From Eledone cirrhosa (taxonomy: Eukaryota): 64,000 nucleotides of DNA. The notes under the pieces were generated by a model. The model saw only the letters and a list, made by a program, of their open reading frames with translations. It did not search any database and was not told the DNA's origin. Of the stretch, positions 27,880-42,850 are shown one piece after another. The position numbers and the translations under genes were made by a program. Location: the NCBI GenBank assembly GCA_964016885.1, contig OZ024758.1:3658001-3722000 (forward strand). Direction: 5' to 3'. The stretch's first letter is position 1. Every line of letters starts with the position of its first letter.

Positions 27880-28019
27880 CTAATGCCTCGTGTTTCCCCC
27901 TCTTTATCGGTATGTTTTTATTTTGTTTATTTTCTTTTTCTGTCGTTCTCTTCATTATCGTCTATTTTTTTTTTTTGTTGTTGTTTTCTTCCATAATAAT
28001 TATTCCTCTTAGTTATTAA

Positions 28020-28066
28020 CGCACTGTGGTGAGATGTACTGTCTTTAATACGTCGAAACATCAGCG
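28020..28066 (+). ncRNA. Degenerate hammerhead-like motif
   Basis: CGCA CTGTGGTGA GATGTA..TACGTC GAAA CA TC AGCG, with (TA)n ~70 bp downstream. Confidence 0.35.
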
Positions 28067-28426
28067 ACCCATATCAGATAGCCAAGGAGAGTGAATTGTC
28101 CTTATGTTTGTGCTTCTCTCACGTTTTCTAAATAATATACATATATATATATATATATATATACATATGCTTATGTGTAACGTTGGTCTGTTTATGGGCA
28201 ATATATGTTTTAATTAGAGACACATATTTGTTACCTACATTGGAACAAAGAGCATTTTCCTGTCCTTATTTTTGTTCACAATAGAAATTTGAAACATTAA
28301 AACCCAAGTAGGCAATTTTCAGCTGTAAAAGTTATTCGAGTCAAAATACCCTTGCATTAATTGCTTCAACTAAAAATAAATTCGCATCCTCACTCACAAT
28401 CATAAACATCTTCAAAACCGCCTGTT

Positions 28427-28493
28427 ACTACTACTGCTGCTATTACTACTGCTACTGCTGCTGCTACTACTACTACTACTACTACTGCTGCTG

Positions 28494-28562
<69 letters not shown>

Positions 28563-28594
28563 ATAATAATAATAATAATAATACTACTACTACT
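28427..28594. repeat. (CTA/CTG/TAA)n trinucleotide tract
   Basis: Direct inspection. Confidence 0.95.
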
Positions 28595-28900
28595 GTTAAT
28601 GTTATTGTTTAGTTTATTAACACTCAAGTGCTGTTTCCGTAATTAAACCTTTCATGTGCTCACCACGAATCTCGTTCTTTTCAAGGACCATCTAATAATT
28701 GCATAGGCGCACACGCACAAACACACACACACACATATATATAAAAACAGGCATACACACACATGCTTACACATACATATAAACAGACAAGATCATAGAA
28801 ATCCCACAAGTAGAAGAGCATGGACACATACATGAACATTTATGTGGAAATACACCATTGGGACATTATTCCTAATATAAAACTCTTTGTATAAATACTC

Positions 28901-29533
<633 letters not shown>

Positions 29534-29746
29534 GGAAACTGTTCAAGACCCCGACGGCAGAGCTCAAGCCGTTTCGACGTCTATTTCAGGACCATGTAAT
29601 CTGGACCATGGTTCAGTAATAGCCGTCGAAATGGCTTGAGCTCTGCCGTCGGGGTATTAAATGTTTTTATTACTCACTCTACTACCCTAAGTATCGAGTA
29701 CTCTGGTGCGTCATGGTCCACCTGGCTCCTTACCACACATCTTTCG

Positions 29747-29748
<2 letters not shown>
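29534..29748 (+). mobile_element. TA-embedded fold-back element (family B)
   Basis: 38-bp inverted repeat 29548-29585 / 29618-29655 (ACCCCGACGGCAGAGCTCAAGCCGTTTCGAC..), ATTAAA, and tail TATTACTCACTCTACTACCCTAAGTATCGAGTAC. (TA)n on both sides. Confidence 0.8.
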
Positions 29749-29799
<51 letters not shown>

Positions 29800-29984
29800 G
29801 TTCAATATATACAAGATATTTAAATACTAATTAAATAACACATTGTTAACTGGTTGGATAGATAGTGTTGGAGAGTATTTGAAATAATTAAACACCCAAG
29901 AAATTACAACCAGTTTATGATGATATATTTCATAGTTAAGATGATGATGATGATGATGATGGTATAGTTGGCGGTAGTATTCAT

Positions 29985-30480
29985 TTTATGATGATGATGA
30001 TGATCAGTAGTTTGATGGTTGCGGTGATGATAATGGTGGTAGTGGTACACGTGACGCTGGTGGTAGACATGGTGATGTTTATTATGATGATGATGAATTA
30101 TTTGATGATGGAGGTGATGATAATGGTGGTAGTGGTAGTCTTGGTGATGTTTATGATGATGATGATGTTGAATTATTTGATGATGGCGGTGATGATAATG
30201 GTGGTAGTGGTAGTCATGGTGATGTTTATGATGATGATGATGATGATGATGTTGAATTCTTTGATGATGGCGTTGATGATAATGGTGGTAATGGTAGTCA
30301 CGGTGATGTTTATGATGATGATGATGATGTTGAATTCTTTGATGATGGCGGTGATGATAATGGTGGTAATGGTAGTCATGGTGATGTTTATGATGTTTAT
30401 GATGATGATAATGATGATCAGTAGTTTGATGATTGCGGTGGTGATAATGGTGGAAGTAGTGGTGGTGGTGGTAGTGATAA
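29985..30480. repeat. (GAT)n-derived minisatellite, ~70-bp variable unit
   Basis: Repeats of GATGTTGAATT(A/C)TTTGATGATGGCGGTGATGATAATGGTGGTA(G/A)TGGTAGTCATGGTGATGTTTAT. Confidence 0.85.
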
Positions 30481-31187
30481 TGAAGCTGCTGGGGTCGAGG
30501 TGTGATAAAAAGCGTGAGGGTGTGTTGTGGAAATTGATGAATGCTACTTTTGCTACGAAGCATAATGTATTCTTAGAATAACACCTTAGTGACAGCTTTA
30601 TAGAAAAAGTGAAATGAGGTGCTTAGTTGCCTGATCCGCTTTGTTTAGTTTGTGTTGTTGTTGTTATTTTAATTATATGCTCTAATGTCTCATTAGTTTG
30701 GCTTCATTCCAATGGTAAGTGACAAACAGTAGACTCCATACAGAGGAGGTTTAAATGATTTGTGAAATTTCGTTACATATCTTTACGTTGCTGGTTCAAA
30801 TGACGGTGTTTTCGACTTCCATGTTTCATCGTTACAAAGCTGAAATTATTTACTAGTCAATCATCATCATCGTCACCATCATCGTCATCATGACCACCAC
30901 CACCACCACCACCACCACCACCACATCATCATCATCATCATCACCATCGTCACCATTATCATCATAATCATCATCATCCTGATCACTTTCTGCGTCTCTA
31001 TTGCCTTCTAAATCGTGATTCATCATTTTCTTAATCCGGCCCTTACTGCGCCCGACATGGTCGAACCAACAAATACATGTTTTGAATTAATCTTCAGTTC
31101 TATCAATTCTAAGCAGCATTGCTGAATTTTTATACTGTTTTCTTCGATTCCAAACCTTCCATTTCAGCCCTATTATTTGGCATTTTA

Positions 31188-31410
31188 AGGGCGGTCGTTT
31201 GGCAGTATCGGTAGAGGGTTCGACGCCATATTTTGCAGCATAGAGTTACGGTCCTTTATGATCTGAGTTCAAATCCCGCCGAGGTTAACTTTGCCTTTCA
31301 TCCTTACTGCGTCGATAAAATAAAGTATCGGTCACGCACTGGGGTCGATTTAATCGACTTCCCCTTCCACCCTAAGTTGCTTGTCTTGTGCCGTTATAAG
31401 AAACCATTAT
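31188..31410 (+). mobile_element. tRNA-SINE family A (long), full length, with TSD
   Basis: A box TGGCAGTATCGG, B box GAGTTCAAATCC, body and tail. ATTATTTGGCAT occurs at 31172 and 31406. Confidence 0.93.
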
Positions 31411-31741
31411 TTGGCATCTTCTGTGCGTGCCATTTACTATAGATTCCAGTTGACCTAAGTTTTGTATTTAAAATTGGTTAGACGGAAACTGTTAGGTGAC
31501 CTGTCAGATGGACTGTAGATGTAATTTCAAGGGTTAGACGGTGACAGCTTCAAACTAAATGTCACTCGAATGTACGATACATGTTTGTGGAATACCCACC
31601 TATTTTTACGTTCTTTTAACTAACAGGTTCTTCTGTTAGTGGAACAACTGTAGCAATCATCGTTACAACTGAAGACGATCCATTCTATTTTATTTGATTT
31701 CATTCGTTTAATCGAGTATTCGTTCACTAAATATCACCGCT

Positions 31742-31956
31742 GTTGATATAGTTGTTCTCGTTATAGTTGTTGTTGTTTTAGTTGTTGTTGTTTTCGTTGA
31801 TGTAGTTGTTGTTATAGTTGTTGTTGTTTTAGTTGTTGTTGTTTTCGTTGATATAGTTGTTGTTATAGTTGTTGTTGTTTTAGTTGTTGTTGTTTTCGTT
31901 GATGTAGTTGTTGTTATAGTTGTTGTTGTTTTAGTTGTTGTTGTTTTAGTTGTTGC
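31742..31956. repeat. 51-bp (GTT)n-derived minisatellite, ~4 copies
   Basis: Unit GTTTTCGTTGAT(G/A)TAGTTGTTGTTATAGTTGTTGTTGTTTTAGTTGTTGTT. Confidence 0.85.
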
Positions 31957-32816
31957 TGTCAATACCACTGTCATTGTCATAATTGTATCTGTTAGACTTG
32001 TTGCTCTTATGTCCTTATTGTTGTTATGATGTCGTCGTTGTTATATAGTCGTTGTGTTTGTTGTTATGTCTTCGTTGTTGTGGTTATGTCGCTGTTGTTG
32101 TTGTTATATTGTGTATTTGTCTGTTTAACATTGTTGTAATTCTCGTTACCAAACTTGTCATTGCCAACGACATGTTTCGTTCTTACTCTTGTTGTTGTTG
32201 CTTTTCTTCTTCTTCTTCATCTTCTTCTTCTTCTTGTTTTTGTTCTATTTGCTATTGTCTTCGTAATTGTTGTTGTTGTTGTTGTTGTTGTGGTATCCTT
32301 CATGATTTTCTTCCATGTATTATTATTGTTGTCGTAAATATTATTGTTATTGTTGGTGTTGTTGTTATTGATGTTGGGCTTTTTGTGGTTGTTGTTGTTA
32401 TTGTTATTATTATTATTATTGTTTTTATTCTATTTGTTATTATTGTTGTAGTAATTGTTGTTGTTGTATTTATTGTAGTTACAATTGCTTTCATTGTTGT
32501 TGTTATTGTTGTAGTCGTCACCGTTGTTCTTGTCACACATTCCATTCCCAGACACTCATTTGCTGAGAGAAAAAAAAAATGGCCGGCACTACCGAATGTG
32601 TATGACAACTGCTTATCTCGAACCATTTACTGATGGTGTGGTCATCACGTTAATATATCAGCACGTGCTACAAACGAGGCTAACAACGAGACCTCTTCCC
32701 AAAGTGTATATGTCAATCAAACTCTCACTCTCTACTCCATGTTTTTGTATGTGTTTTCTTACATTTGTATTTATTTTTAGAATTTAGCTCTGAAATGCCC
32801 ATATATACATACATAT

Positions 32817-32990
<174 letters not shown>

Positions 32991-33133
32991 CCAAAATTAT
33001 ATTAAGGATGTCATATCTGAGAATATCAGAATCATGCGCCATACTATATATATATATATATATACATTTATCTCAAGCAGGAAACTAATATATTTCCGCC
33101 ATGTACTGTGTCGTTTGCTTTGCTATTTATCGC

Positions 33134-33175
<42 letters not shown>

Positions 33176-33462
33176 TTATATATGGAATAATTTAGAGGAG
33201 TTGATAACGTAACCATATTAAGCAAAGGATAATTCGAAGCTCAACTCAAAAGTGTGTTTATAGTCCATAGCTAGATAGGTAAACGACAGAACCTGAGTTC
33301 ACGTCCAATGCGTGGCAATATTTCTGACCAGAGTCTCTTGTTGATCGAATACGTGTGAAGGAAATTAAAGGCAAAAGATGTGGAGACCCGCTAAATAAAC
33401 TGTACCTGCAATTGAGAGACAACTCAATATGGAATGTTATAGTTATCTAAATATATTTAAGA

Positions 33463-33645
33463 CTATTCAACAGAATTCGTAATATAATCGGCTTGTCTCA
33501 CCACAGCCCCGGTGGACAGAATGGAGAAGGCGTTTCCCCGGGGGACGGCAAGGGAGACGCGCTGGCAAAGACACTCCAACTCGCGGTGCTCACACCTGCT
33601 ACTTGCCAGTTCAGCGCCTATGGTGGTGAGTATGGAGTGAACCAT
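33463..33645 (-). mobile_element. 3' fragment of CRE-clade (RLE-type) non-LTR retrotransposon
   Basis: HSILTTIGAELASSRCEHRELECLCQRVSLAVPRGNAFSIL resembles the CRE C-terminal motif LxQRLSxAxQRGNAxxIL. It forms a GC-rich island in AT-rich DNA. Confidence 0.7.
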
Positions 33646-34249
33646 TTAGCTATACACATGCTAATTTAGTCAGTATGCATTTCAGTTGAACATATAAATT
33701 ATCAACAATCATCAAAACAGATAGACAGATTATTTTGAATGTTATTTATTTTAAATTTTGATGATTTCAGAATCAATTACAAAATAAGCTTGTATGAAAA
33801 AACGAAACAAATTGAAAACTTCCATTCCAGATATAGCAAATCCATTAATTAATATACAACATATTTTTCTCAAGACTCTGTAGTAGTAAAATCTTTAATA
33901 GTTGTCAGAAAGTTACTCGTAAAAACTTGTTAGCAAATCCAAAGTGAATAAGCTTCTCTCATCCAAAATCTTCGTTCTACAGAAACTGAACAAGACGAAA
34001 CCTCTATTAAAACCTGCACACGTTTGTTGAAAAATTAGTAAAGTAGATCGTAAAATATTTCTGTTCGCCATATGGCACCTTAAAATTCCGAGAATTACAA
34101 TGTCCCACAATACCACACTTGAAGATTTTCTGATAACATATCAGAACAGCATGTGCCTTGTCAAAACGTTTTACATATTCTCTTGTGACTTCTTGGCTTT
34201 TTTTCCGGAATTTCGAGAAAATATACTAATAACGTTCGGGGCAGAAGTG

Positions 34250-34530
34250 GTAAATGTTGGAGTGGTGGTTGGGTAAATGTGGCGGTGTTGTGGCTGATGA
34301 TGAGATTATGTCGGTGGTGGGTGTATTGGGGTGGGGCGGGGGAAAGGTTTGATGAATCCCGGCGAGGAAGGTATGATGTTGGTGATGTTTTGATGAATGT
34401 TTTGGTGATGATAGTGATGATTTGCCTGCTAAAGATGGGATGATGTTTGTGTTGGGTGATGGCTGTGGTGGTAGTAGTGGTTTGGTGAGATGGACGGTGG
34501 CTGTGATGATGAGAATATTGACATTGTTGG

Positions 34531-34561
<31 letters not shown>

Positions 34562-35065
34562 ATGAAGGCGTAGTGACTGGAGGATGGTAATGATGCTGGT
34601 TTAGTGGATGTGATGGTGGTTAGGGTGGGAGGGATGGATGGGTTTGAAGGCTGATGGATGTTGGGTGATGGAATGGTAGCAGTGAATGTAGAAACGGTGA
34701 TTGTTTGGCTTTTCCAGGAATTTCGGGGAAATGAACCAACAGCAGCTGTAATGGGAGATGTTATGGCGGAGTAGGTGGAGTTGGCTGTACTGTAGAGATG
34801 GGAGCAGTGACGCTGGTGGTGGTGGTGGTGGTGGTGGTGGTGGTGTGGCTGTACTGTAGAGATGGGAGCAGTGACGCTGGTGGTGGTGGTGGTGACTGTA
34901 CTATAAAGAAAGGGGCATTAATGGTGGTGTTGGTGGTAGTAGTAGTGGTGGTGGTTGTGGTGGGAGGGGTGGTGGTGTCGTGGATGAAGAAATAATGGTG
35001 TTTCGCTAAAAGTGGTGATGGGATGATAAAGACGATGAGGTTAATGATAAAGGAGGTTATGAAGT

Positions 35066-35096
<31 letters not shown>
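34250..35096. repeat. GT/GAT-rich low-complexity tract with a local duplication (34782-34830 / 34846-34890)
   Basis: TGGCTGTACTGTAGAGATGGGAGCAGTGACGCTGGTGG occurs twice. Confidence 0.75.
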
Positions 35097-35129
35097 TACA
35101 GTTCAGCTCTCCCAAATCTCTCTCGCTTG

Positions 35130-35240
<111 letters not shown>

Positions 35241-35921
35241 TATATGTTTGTGTGTGTGTGTGTGTCTGTTATGCTAGTGGCTGCATGTGTATGTGCGTGT
35301 GTTTTTGTTTGTAAGTGTTTGTATGCCTGTGGGTGCGTGTTTATATGTGCGTATGTATGTGTCAGTATTTGTGTGTGTATTTGTCTGTGTGTCTCTGTAT
35401 GTGTGTGTGTGCGCATGTGTTTGTGTGTGCATGTGTGTTCGTCTTTAATGCACCTGTCTTCCTTATCTATAATGTCGGTTGTGTTCTCAGCGAAAAAGAT
35501 CGTTCTGTACTATACTAAACCGTTATACTCATCTCTGATTCCAATGAATGCTAATTCCCTCATTCCTTAGAAGATATACACAACCTACTGTTGTTTAACT
35601 TATTTTGGTATTGTTTTGTTTTGTTCATATTTTTTGTAGCTCATTATACATATATAATTTAATTAATGGCGCCGCCATGACATGCAAATTAGACACATCA
35701 GTTCAGTTAAATTCTGCCTGATGATTGACATGAAGATGTTACTATATATTTCCTCTGTGAAGATTATCATGGTGATGGTCATATTTTGACTTCTGGGACG
35801 AAATCTCTGAAATGACTAATGTTAATCTTGTATATTTTTCTTTTCTTTACTTTAGGAAGAGAAATCATTTTTTTGTATTATATTGTACGTATATATGTAT
35901 ATATTTATGCATACACACACA

Positions 35922-35993
<72 letters not shown>

Positions 35994-36082
35994 CATATAT
36001 ATACGTATATACATACATATATATACGTATATACATACATATATATACGTATACACACACACACACACACACACATACACAT

Positions 36083-36133
<51 letters not shown>

Positions 36134-36437
36134 GTAAAAAGGAAAAAGAAATCAGTTGAAAATTGTGGAGAGATTTTTTTTCAGTATAATATCAAAACAT
36201 TTATTTATAAAGTGGGTATTTCCGCATTCAATAGTGGTACCGGTTTCAGCTTTATATTCTTTTTCAAATTCGGATATGCATAATGTTGTTAAGTTGCATA
36301 TTTATACGAATAATAAAAAGGGGAAGAAAAATTATTAGTTTTTACATACATATTTAGAAAGGAGAGTTCATATCTCTCTCCGTGGTTGTCCTTCATTCTC
36401 TGTTAGTTGGCTAACAGAGGAGCTAGTAGTTACTACG

Positions 36438-36471
<34 letters not shown>

Positions 36472-36474
36472 TAC

Positions 36475-36597
36475 GGAAGAAATTTGCTGTATTCAGGCCT
36501 AGAGTGTATTGAACTTCATCAGGTTTTAAAATGCCCTAGAAACGCCTTATATCAATACGGCGCCTAACCTACTACTTGGGGAGCTACGGGAGCATAC
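36475..36597 (-). mobile_element. Family C short repeat, copy 2
   Basis: GGAAGAAATTTGCTGTATTCAGGCCTAGAG..AACGCCTTATATCAATACGGCGCC aligns with 40147-40270 and abuts (TA)n. Confidence 0.7.
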
Positions 36598-38394
36598 ATG
36601 CGAATCTGAATCTATATATACAAAATTGTCATTTTCCTCTTTTTTCGTGAATGGTGTTACTCAAACTAAAGATATATTAGTATATAATGCAACATATTAT
36701 AGATAGACTCTACAGTCGACAATATTTTCGATATATTCTGCAACTATACATAGTGCTAAACATTAAGTTTATGTACCTTATTTCGATAATGTTTTTTTAA
36801 TGATATATATATATACGAAGGACCATGATATTTTTTATTTAATATTTTCAAAATATATTTGTAATGACTTGTTTAATGTTGTTTGATTTTAATAGATTAC
36901 ATTGCTGAAATTATATGTTAGTCCTTAATAGGATTTAAGTCTATTTGGTATTTAATATCATATGGAATTAAATATATAATAAAAAAATATGTTGATTAGA
37001 AATAAAAAAAAGAATGATTTGCTGCTGAGTTATAGGAATTATATTGATATGTTTAAATATAACGATGGATATATGTCTAAATCTGGTGACATGCCAGTAA
37101 ATAATGTTCTACATGATATTTTAATTACACTATCACTTAACGCTTTTGGTTCAAATCACACTGATTTACATATAACGGGCAATATATAGTGAAAACCCCA
37201 AATGGTAGTCTAATTCTAAGGTTTCAAGGAAGTTAATTTGTGCAGAGACATTTTAGCATACATGTGTGTATAATACTAGGAAAGACGTTTGTTATATATA
37301 GTCTATAGTTTAATTATTTAAAGAAATATACAGTAACAATATACATCTAACATGTCTTATCATTAATCATTTGGAAAAAGGAAAAAAATTAGAAAAATGA
37401 TAATGGAATAATGTGAATAGTGTTGTGTCTCATTAATTCCGTATATTAATATCTTAGAGTTACATGAATACAAATCGGAATATAAAACATACATACAATC
37501 ATAAAGCAATATATCTTATAATCTTATACTATCTTATATATTTATATATAGGGAACGTCTAAAGTTATTACAGCTATGAATACAAAGCAATCAGAAATTC
37601 TACTCTATAAAAACGTTATGATGTTGATATAAATCTTGACTTCAAAATACATTAAAAGTATACGCTAGTTTAAAATATATGTGAAAACAACTAATATAAA
37701 ATTATATTTGGTTTTTATTAATTATTCGAGTTGTGAATTGGGAATGTTACAAATTCGTTGATGTGCAAAATGGTGATTACTATAATATAAATGAATTAAT
37801 ATTTATTAATTAATATATAAGTAATGAATAAAAATTATTTGGTAGATTAAGTATTGAAAATACTAAGTGCTGAAAAATTAAATTATTGTATATTATTCAC
37901 TTGTATATTTCCTACAGTTAAGTATTTATTAAATATTTATCAAGAATTATTAACAATGTTTATATAATTTATGCTGTGTGTGTTTTACATTTCCTTATAA
38001 CATATACAAAATATTGAAGTAAACCAAACAAGACGAAACATAATTACTAAAGTTATATATTAGCGTAATTATATTGAAGATAAGATTCTATATAATCAAT
38101 ATCTTTTATACCTATATGAAATAATTACGATATACAGTTTTTTTTTAACAAAGGTAGCATAAACGTTCATTAATTTGAATAATAGGATTTGTAGATGCCG
38201 TTTGTTTATTTAATTTATTGCAATTTATTTTATATATATATACGTCTCGTTGTTAAAATATTATGAGTTTGGGAACATAATTTATAACACAAAAGATAAT
38301 ATTAAAGGAATTCTACTTTCAGGTGAGATACATTATTTCAGAACGTCAGAACGGCTGTTACCTATTCTGTCTCTTGATAAAAAAAAATGTCTAA

Positions 38395-38547
38395 AGTCTG
38401 TCTTAAGCTAGAAGGCTCATTCGGCCGGTGCTTATCCCGGTTTCAAGGCGTGAAGCGACTGAGATTACAAGACTCCCCCTTGGACAGGACGCCAGTCCAT
38501 TACAGGGTGTAAACCCTCAGCTATTGTTAGGACTCATTTTCAGCTGA

Positions 38548-38549
<2 letters not shown>
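38395..38549 (-). mobile_element. 3' portion of a CORE-type SINE
   Basis: GCCGGTGCTTATCCCGGTTTC..GAAGCGACT..ACTCCCCCTTGGACAGGACGCCAGTCCAT..ACTCATTTTCAGCTGAGT resembles, from recall, the reverse complement of invertebrate CORE-SINE 3' regions. Truncated at (TA)n. Confidence 0.6.
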
Positions 38550-38585
<36 letters not shown>

Positions 38586-38674
38586 ATACTTTGGGAGGGT
38601 CATGTTGCCAATAAGAAACACACGCACCAGATGCTTTCACTTCAATTTATTATAATAAATTTATAAATTTAGGA

Positions 38675-38741
<67 letters not shown>

Positions 38742-38844
38742 AAGTATTTCCAAAGAAAAAGCAATGGAAAAAAAGAGTGCTCTATGTATAATACAGAGCT
38801 ATTTAATTAGAAACTGAACATCACAATATGTAACTACTGCATTA

Positions 38845-38903
38845 CCAAAGGTTTCAGGACCGTAGACAATATTAACATACGTCTAGTTCGCTCATCAGAA
38901 GGA
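38845..38903 (-). ncRNA. Hammerhead-like motif with long stem II
   Basis: CCTT CTGATGA GCGAACTAGAC..GTCTACGGTCCT GAAAC CTTT GG: both core strands are intact and the stems are imperfect. (TA)n lies ~105 bp downstream. Confidence 0.45.
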
Positions 38904-39879
38904 AGTTTATAAATGTATGAAAATACGAAATGAAATCGAAAGTCTATTAAAATTCAGAGTGAGGCTGGAATATATATATAATATATATATCGGGATCTAG
39001 CTGTTGAAAGGGCAACAGCTCAGCTGTCTCAATCTGTACTAGTCGGGATGATTAGTAGAATCCTTCTGGCTCGTGATGTTTCGTGGTCGAATCTTGTCGA
39101 GGTCAAAATTGCATTCTGTTCTGCCGATATTGATAAAATAAGGAACCAACGATATACTAGTGTCCTGCTAATGAACTATTGAACTATGCCAGAGTGCAAT
39201 TGGTTAACATAGTACAATAGACCCCTAGAAATCTGAGGGGAATTAGGCTACTATTTCTCGCTAGGCGACCAACAGCGTCGAAGCTTCTTCGTGATTGCTC
39301 TGCACGTGTATAGATTCTGAATGTAGCTGAAGCTAATGGATTGGGAAAGACAATTTCGGAACCTAATAATTGCATTTCATCTACACTTATTATTGATAAT
39401 ATGAAACTTAGTACAGACTTTTGAAGCTGAGAAATCGTGGGACTGTTTTTCCCGTGGCCAGCTTTGGACTGTTGATTACTTTCTGGTGTTTGGCTGCTTG
39501 TATTCTTTATTATGCTAAGGAAAATTAATTTCTGCTCGTCTTTGTTTTAATTTTTTTTATTATTATTATTTCCATATTTAGCTTCGGAGGAGCATTGTTC
39601 TTATTGGATTTGGTGCGTTGCACTCCCGGTTGCCTCTAAACTTTTATCGGGTTATCCATTTCAATTTTATAATTAGATTTTATTTTGTTGTTGCCTGCTT
39701 AGATCGTATTTTTAGAATCATATATAGTTATTGTGTGCAATATACATTCTGCAGTATTTATTTAGTGTTTAAATTGTTGAATTGTGAAAATTGTGATTCT
39801 CCTTCTCGGTAAATCATATTCCACGGGGCATTTTTAAAGTTTGTAGTTATTTTAATTTCGCTCCTTAATAAATTGAAGT

Positions 39880-40015
39880 GGAGTGAGTTTGTTTGGTTTG
39901 AGAGATGCTTTGCAGTATTCGTTACAGCTCTCTCCACTCTATGTTCAAATCCCACCGAGGTCAACTTTGACATTCATCCTTTCGAGATGGATAAAGAAAG
40001 TACGGCGGTCGATTA
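39880..40015 (+). mobile_element. Older family A SINE
   Basis: GTTCAAATCCCACCGAGGTCAACTTTGACATTCATCCTTTCGAG..GATAAAGAAAGTAC. Confidence 0.75.
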
Positions 40016-40037
40016 TTCCTCTGTATCTCTTTCTCAC

Positions 40038-40280
<243 letters not shown>

Positions 40281-40706
40281 ATTTAATAAAGGTGAGCTAC
40301 TTTGATGAACTGGAATGGAGTATGTTATCTGGCCACAAGCCAGATTTTCTGGTAATATCTGATTGTTTAGTCGACACTAGGAGGTCTAGTCTTCATTCCC
40401 TGTCATCTGCACCACCCAGAAGATTCCATACCAATGCTCCATATGGTATTGTTGTTCCTAGTCATGATTTGCTGCCTCCTGTTGCGTAGAATGTTATTGG
40501 AAATTCTAGTTCTATGGAATTTAAATTTGACGTTCTAGCGACTCTCTCAATTTGCCACCAAACCCGCCATTTTCAATTAGAATAGAAGAACACGTGTTCA
40601 TGATAAAAAATACGCCAGTTTGGCCAACAGTCAGTGAGAAGCTAAATATCAATTTTATTCACAAACTCTCGGTAATCTTTACCTAATTTGCACCCTGTAT
40701 TAAACA

Positions 40707-40881
40707 TATCGAGAAAGCGTCGAGCAACATGCTTTTCAGCATAGAGTTACGGCCCTTTATGGTCTGAGTTCAAATCCCACCGAGGTTAGCTTTGACTTTC
40801 ACCCTTACGGGGTCGATAAAATAGAGTACCAGTAATACACTGGATAATTGCTGGCCTTGTGCTAAAAGTAGAAACAATTAT
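40707..40881 (+). mobile_element. tRNA-SINE family A (short)
   Basis: B box, body and GTAGAAACAATT tail. Confidence 0.9.
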
Positions 40882-41110
40882 CGTAATATCATACAGACAT
40901 AGGTTTGATACTTATGTTTAATAAAGGATAAATGAAAGGAAATATGGAGAAAAGGTAAGGAAGGGGTCATTTAGGAAACACAAAAAGAACAAAACACAAA
41001 CAAGTTGACATTAACATATTTCCTAACACAAACAACACATATACACATATACATACATACATATACATTATATACATATATATGTATATATGTATATATA
41101 CATACATATA

Positions 41111-41172
<62 letters not shown>

Positions 41173-41214
41173 CATCATCATCATTGTTTAACGTCAACCC
41201 ATCTTCCACGCTAG

Positions 41215-41290
<76 letters not shown>

Positions 41291-41434
41291 CATATGTACA
41301 TACACACAATTATATACATATATACTTGGCCATATTTTCAAACAATAGCACATCCACACACAAACACACACACACACACACACAGAAATGCATACACACA
41401 TATATATACATACATCTACATACGTACATATATA

Positions 41435-41498
<64 letters not shown>

Positions 41499-42627
41499 TA
41501 CTCACATAAAAACATGCATATATACACATGTACTTGACCGGACCATATTCTCAAACAATAGCACATCCACACACACTCACATGCACACGCACACGCAGAA
41601 ACACATACACACATACAGAAACATATATACACATATATACTTTTAAATACAGAGATAGAATTGTGCGCCAAACAACAGCCATGTCTCTGTTAAATCACAT
41701 GAATGGTCTGAAAAGAGGATATCGTTCAATACACAGTATCTCCATAAATATTACGGTAAAGGTCATTGGTGAAAGACTTTTGATCATACGTCTCCTCCAC
41801 CGGAGTAAACCAGTTGGTAAACAAACTGAAAATATCACTCCAGGCTTATAACATACCCACACAAACACATACATAAATGCACAGATAAACGCACACACAA
41901 ACATATACATAAACTGATACTCAAACAAACCCACGGACACTCACACAAACATATACACAAACTGATACTCAAACACACCCAAGGACACTCACACAAACAT
42001 AAAGACACACAGACACACAGAAATACGCAGACACACACATGCACTGAGCAGTGCATATAAAGATGCTTTAACACATACATAAAAAATATATAAGACACAC
42101 TTACACAGGAACACACACACAAACACAAACACACACACACACACACACACACATAGAAATACATGCAGACACACACACATGCACTGAGCAGTGCATATAA
42201 TGATGTTTTAACACATGCATACAAAATACTTAAGACACGCTTACACAGGAACACAAAAACACACACATACACACAAGGAAACATGACAAACACACAAGCA
42301 GATACATATATGGAAGCACAGAAGAGCAGAGAAGCGCCCGCGCGCACACATACAAACATGCACGAATTCTCATATATATATAGACACGTATTTGTGTTCA
42401 GAAGTACATTAAATGATGTATTATGGAGACAAGGGAGATAATTACTTGAATTTTGATAAACCCAACTGAGATGAGAAAGAACTTGCACAAAAGATTCGGA
42501 AGAAACAGAAAGATCTGTCCTTCTGGTAGAATGAAAACTAAGGATTTGCAGTAAATTCTAAAGAGGAAAATAATTGCGGAAATTACAAATTAATTCCACA
42601 AAAAAATATTAACTTATATCTTCTTTT

Positions 42628-42850
42628 CTTCGCACTCTTCAAACAATCCCTCTAACGGGTCTTTTCAGAAGCAACCCTCTTCAAATGATCAGGCTGGATC
42701 CCCTAGCGTGACCAGCCAAGCTCATGGATGTTATCCAATCATGTTGCTCGAGGTTTCGCCCATAAAATCTGTCCAGCGATTCTTTGCTGATTCATACATA
42801 TACTTAAGATACATTTGATCTTGCTAATCCTCTGTTCTAAGTTTAAATTG
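42628..42850 (-). mobile_element. Decayed 3' end of RTE (Expander/Rex3-like) LINE
   Basis: MNQQRIAGQILWAKPRAT*LDNIHELGWSR*GIQPDHLKRVASEKTR*RDCL resembles the RTE C-terminus (..RPRTRWxDxIxxLAWxRLGI..). Confidence 0.7.

Noticed and set aside
29904-30563. 219-aa His-rich ORF as a metal-binding or beak-type structural protein
   Set aside because: It is a translation of a (CAT)n-derived minisatellite. Frames on both strands are open, and there is no signal peptide or GHG-type motif. Transcript evidence would be needed.
31188-31280. tRNA gene (A and B boxes), here and in other copies
   Set aside because: No cloverleaf is evident. The boxes belong to a multicopy SINE head with body, tail and TSD.
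31708-31980. Mucin-like Thr-rich ORF
   Set aside because: It is a 51-bp (AAC)n minisatellite with no flanking domains or supported splice structure.
36510-36525. CTGATGA on the minus strand as a hammerhead core
   Set aside because: Sister family C copies read CTGGCGG or CTGGCCG here and there is no GAAA partner, so it is a chance match.
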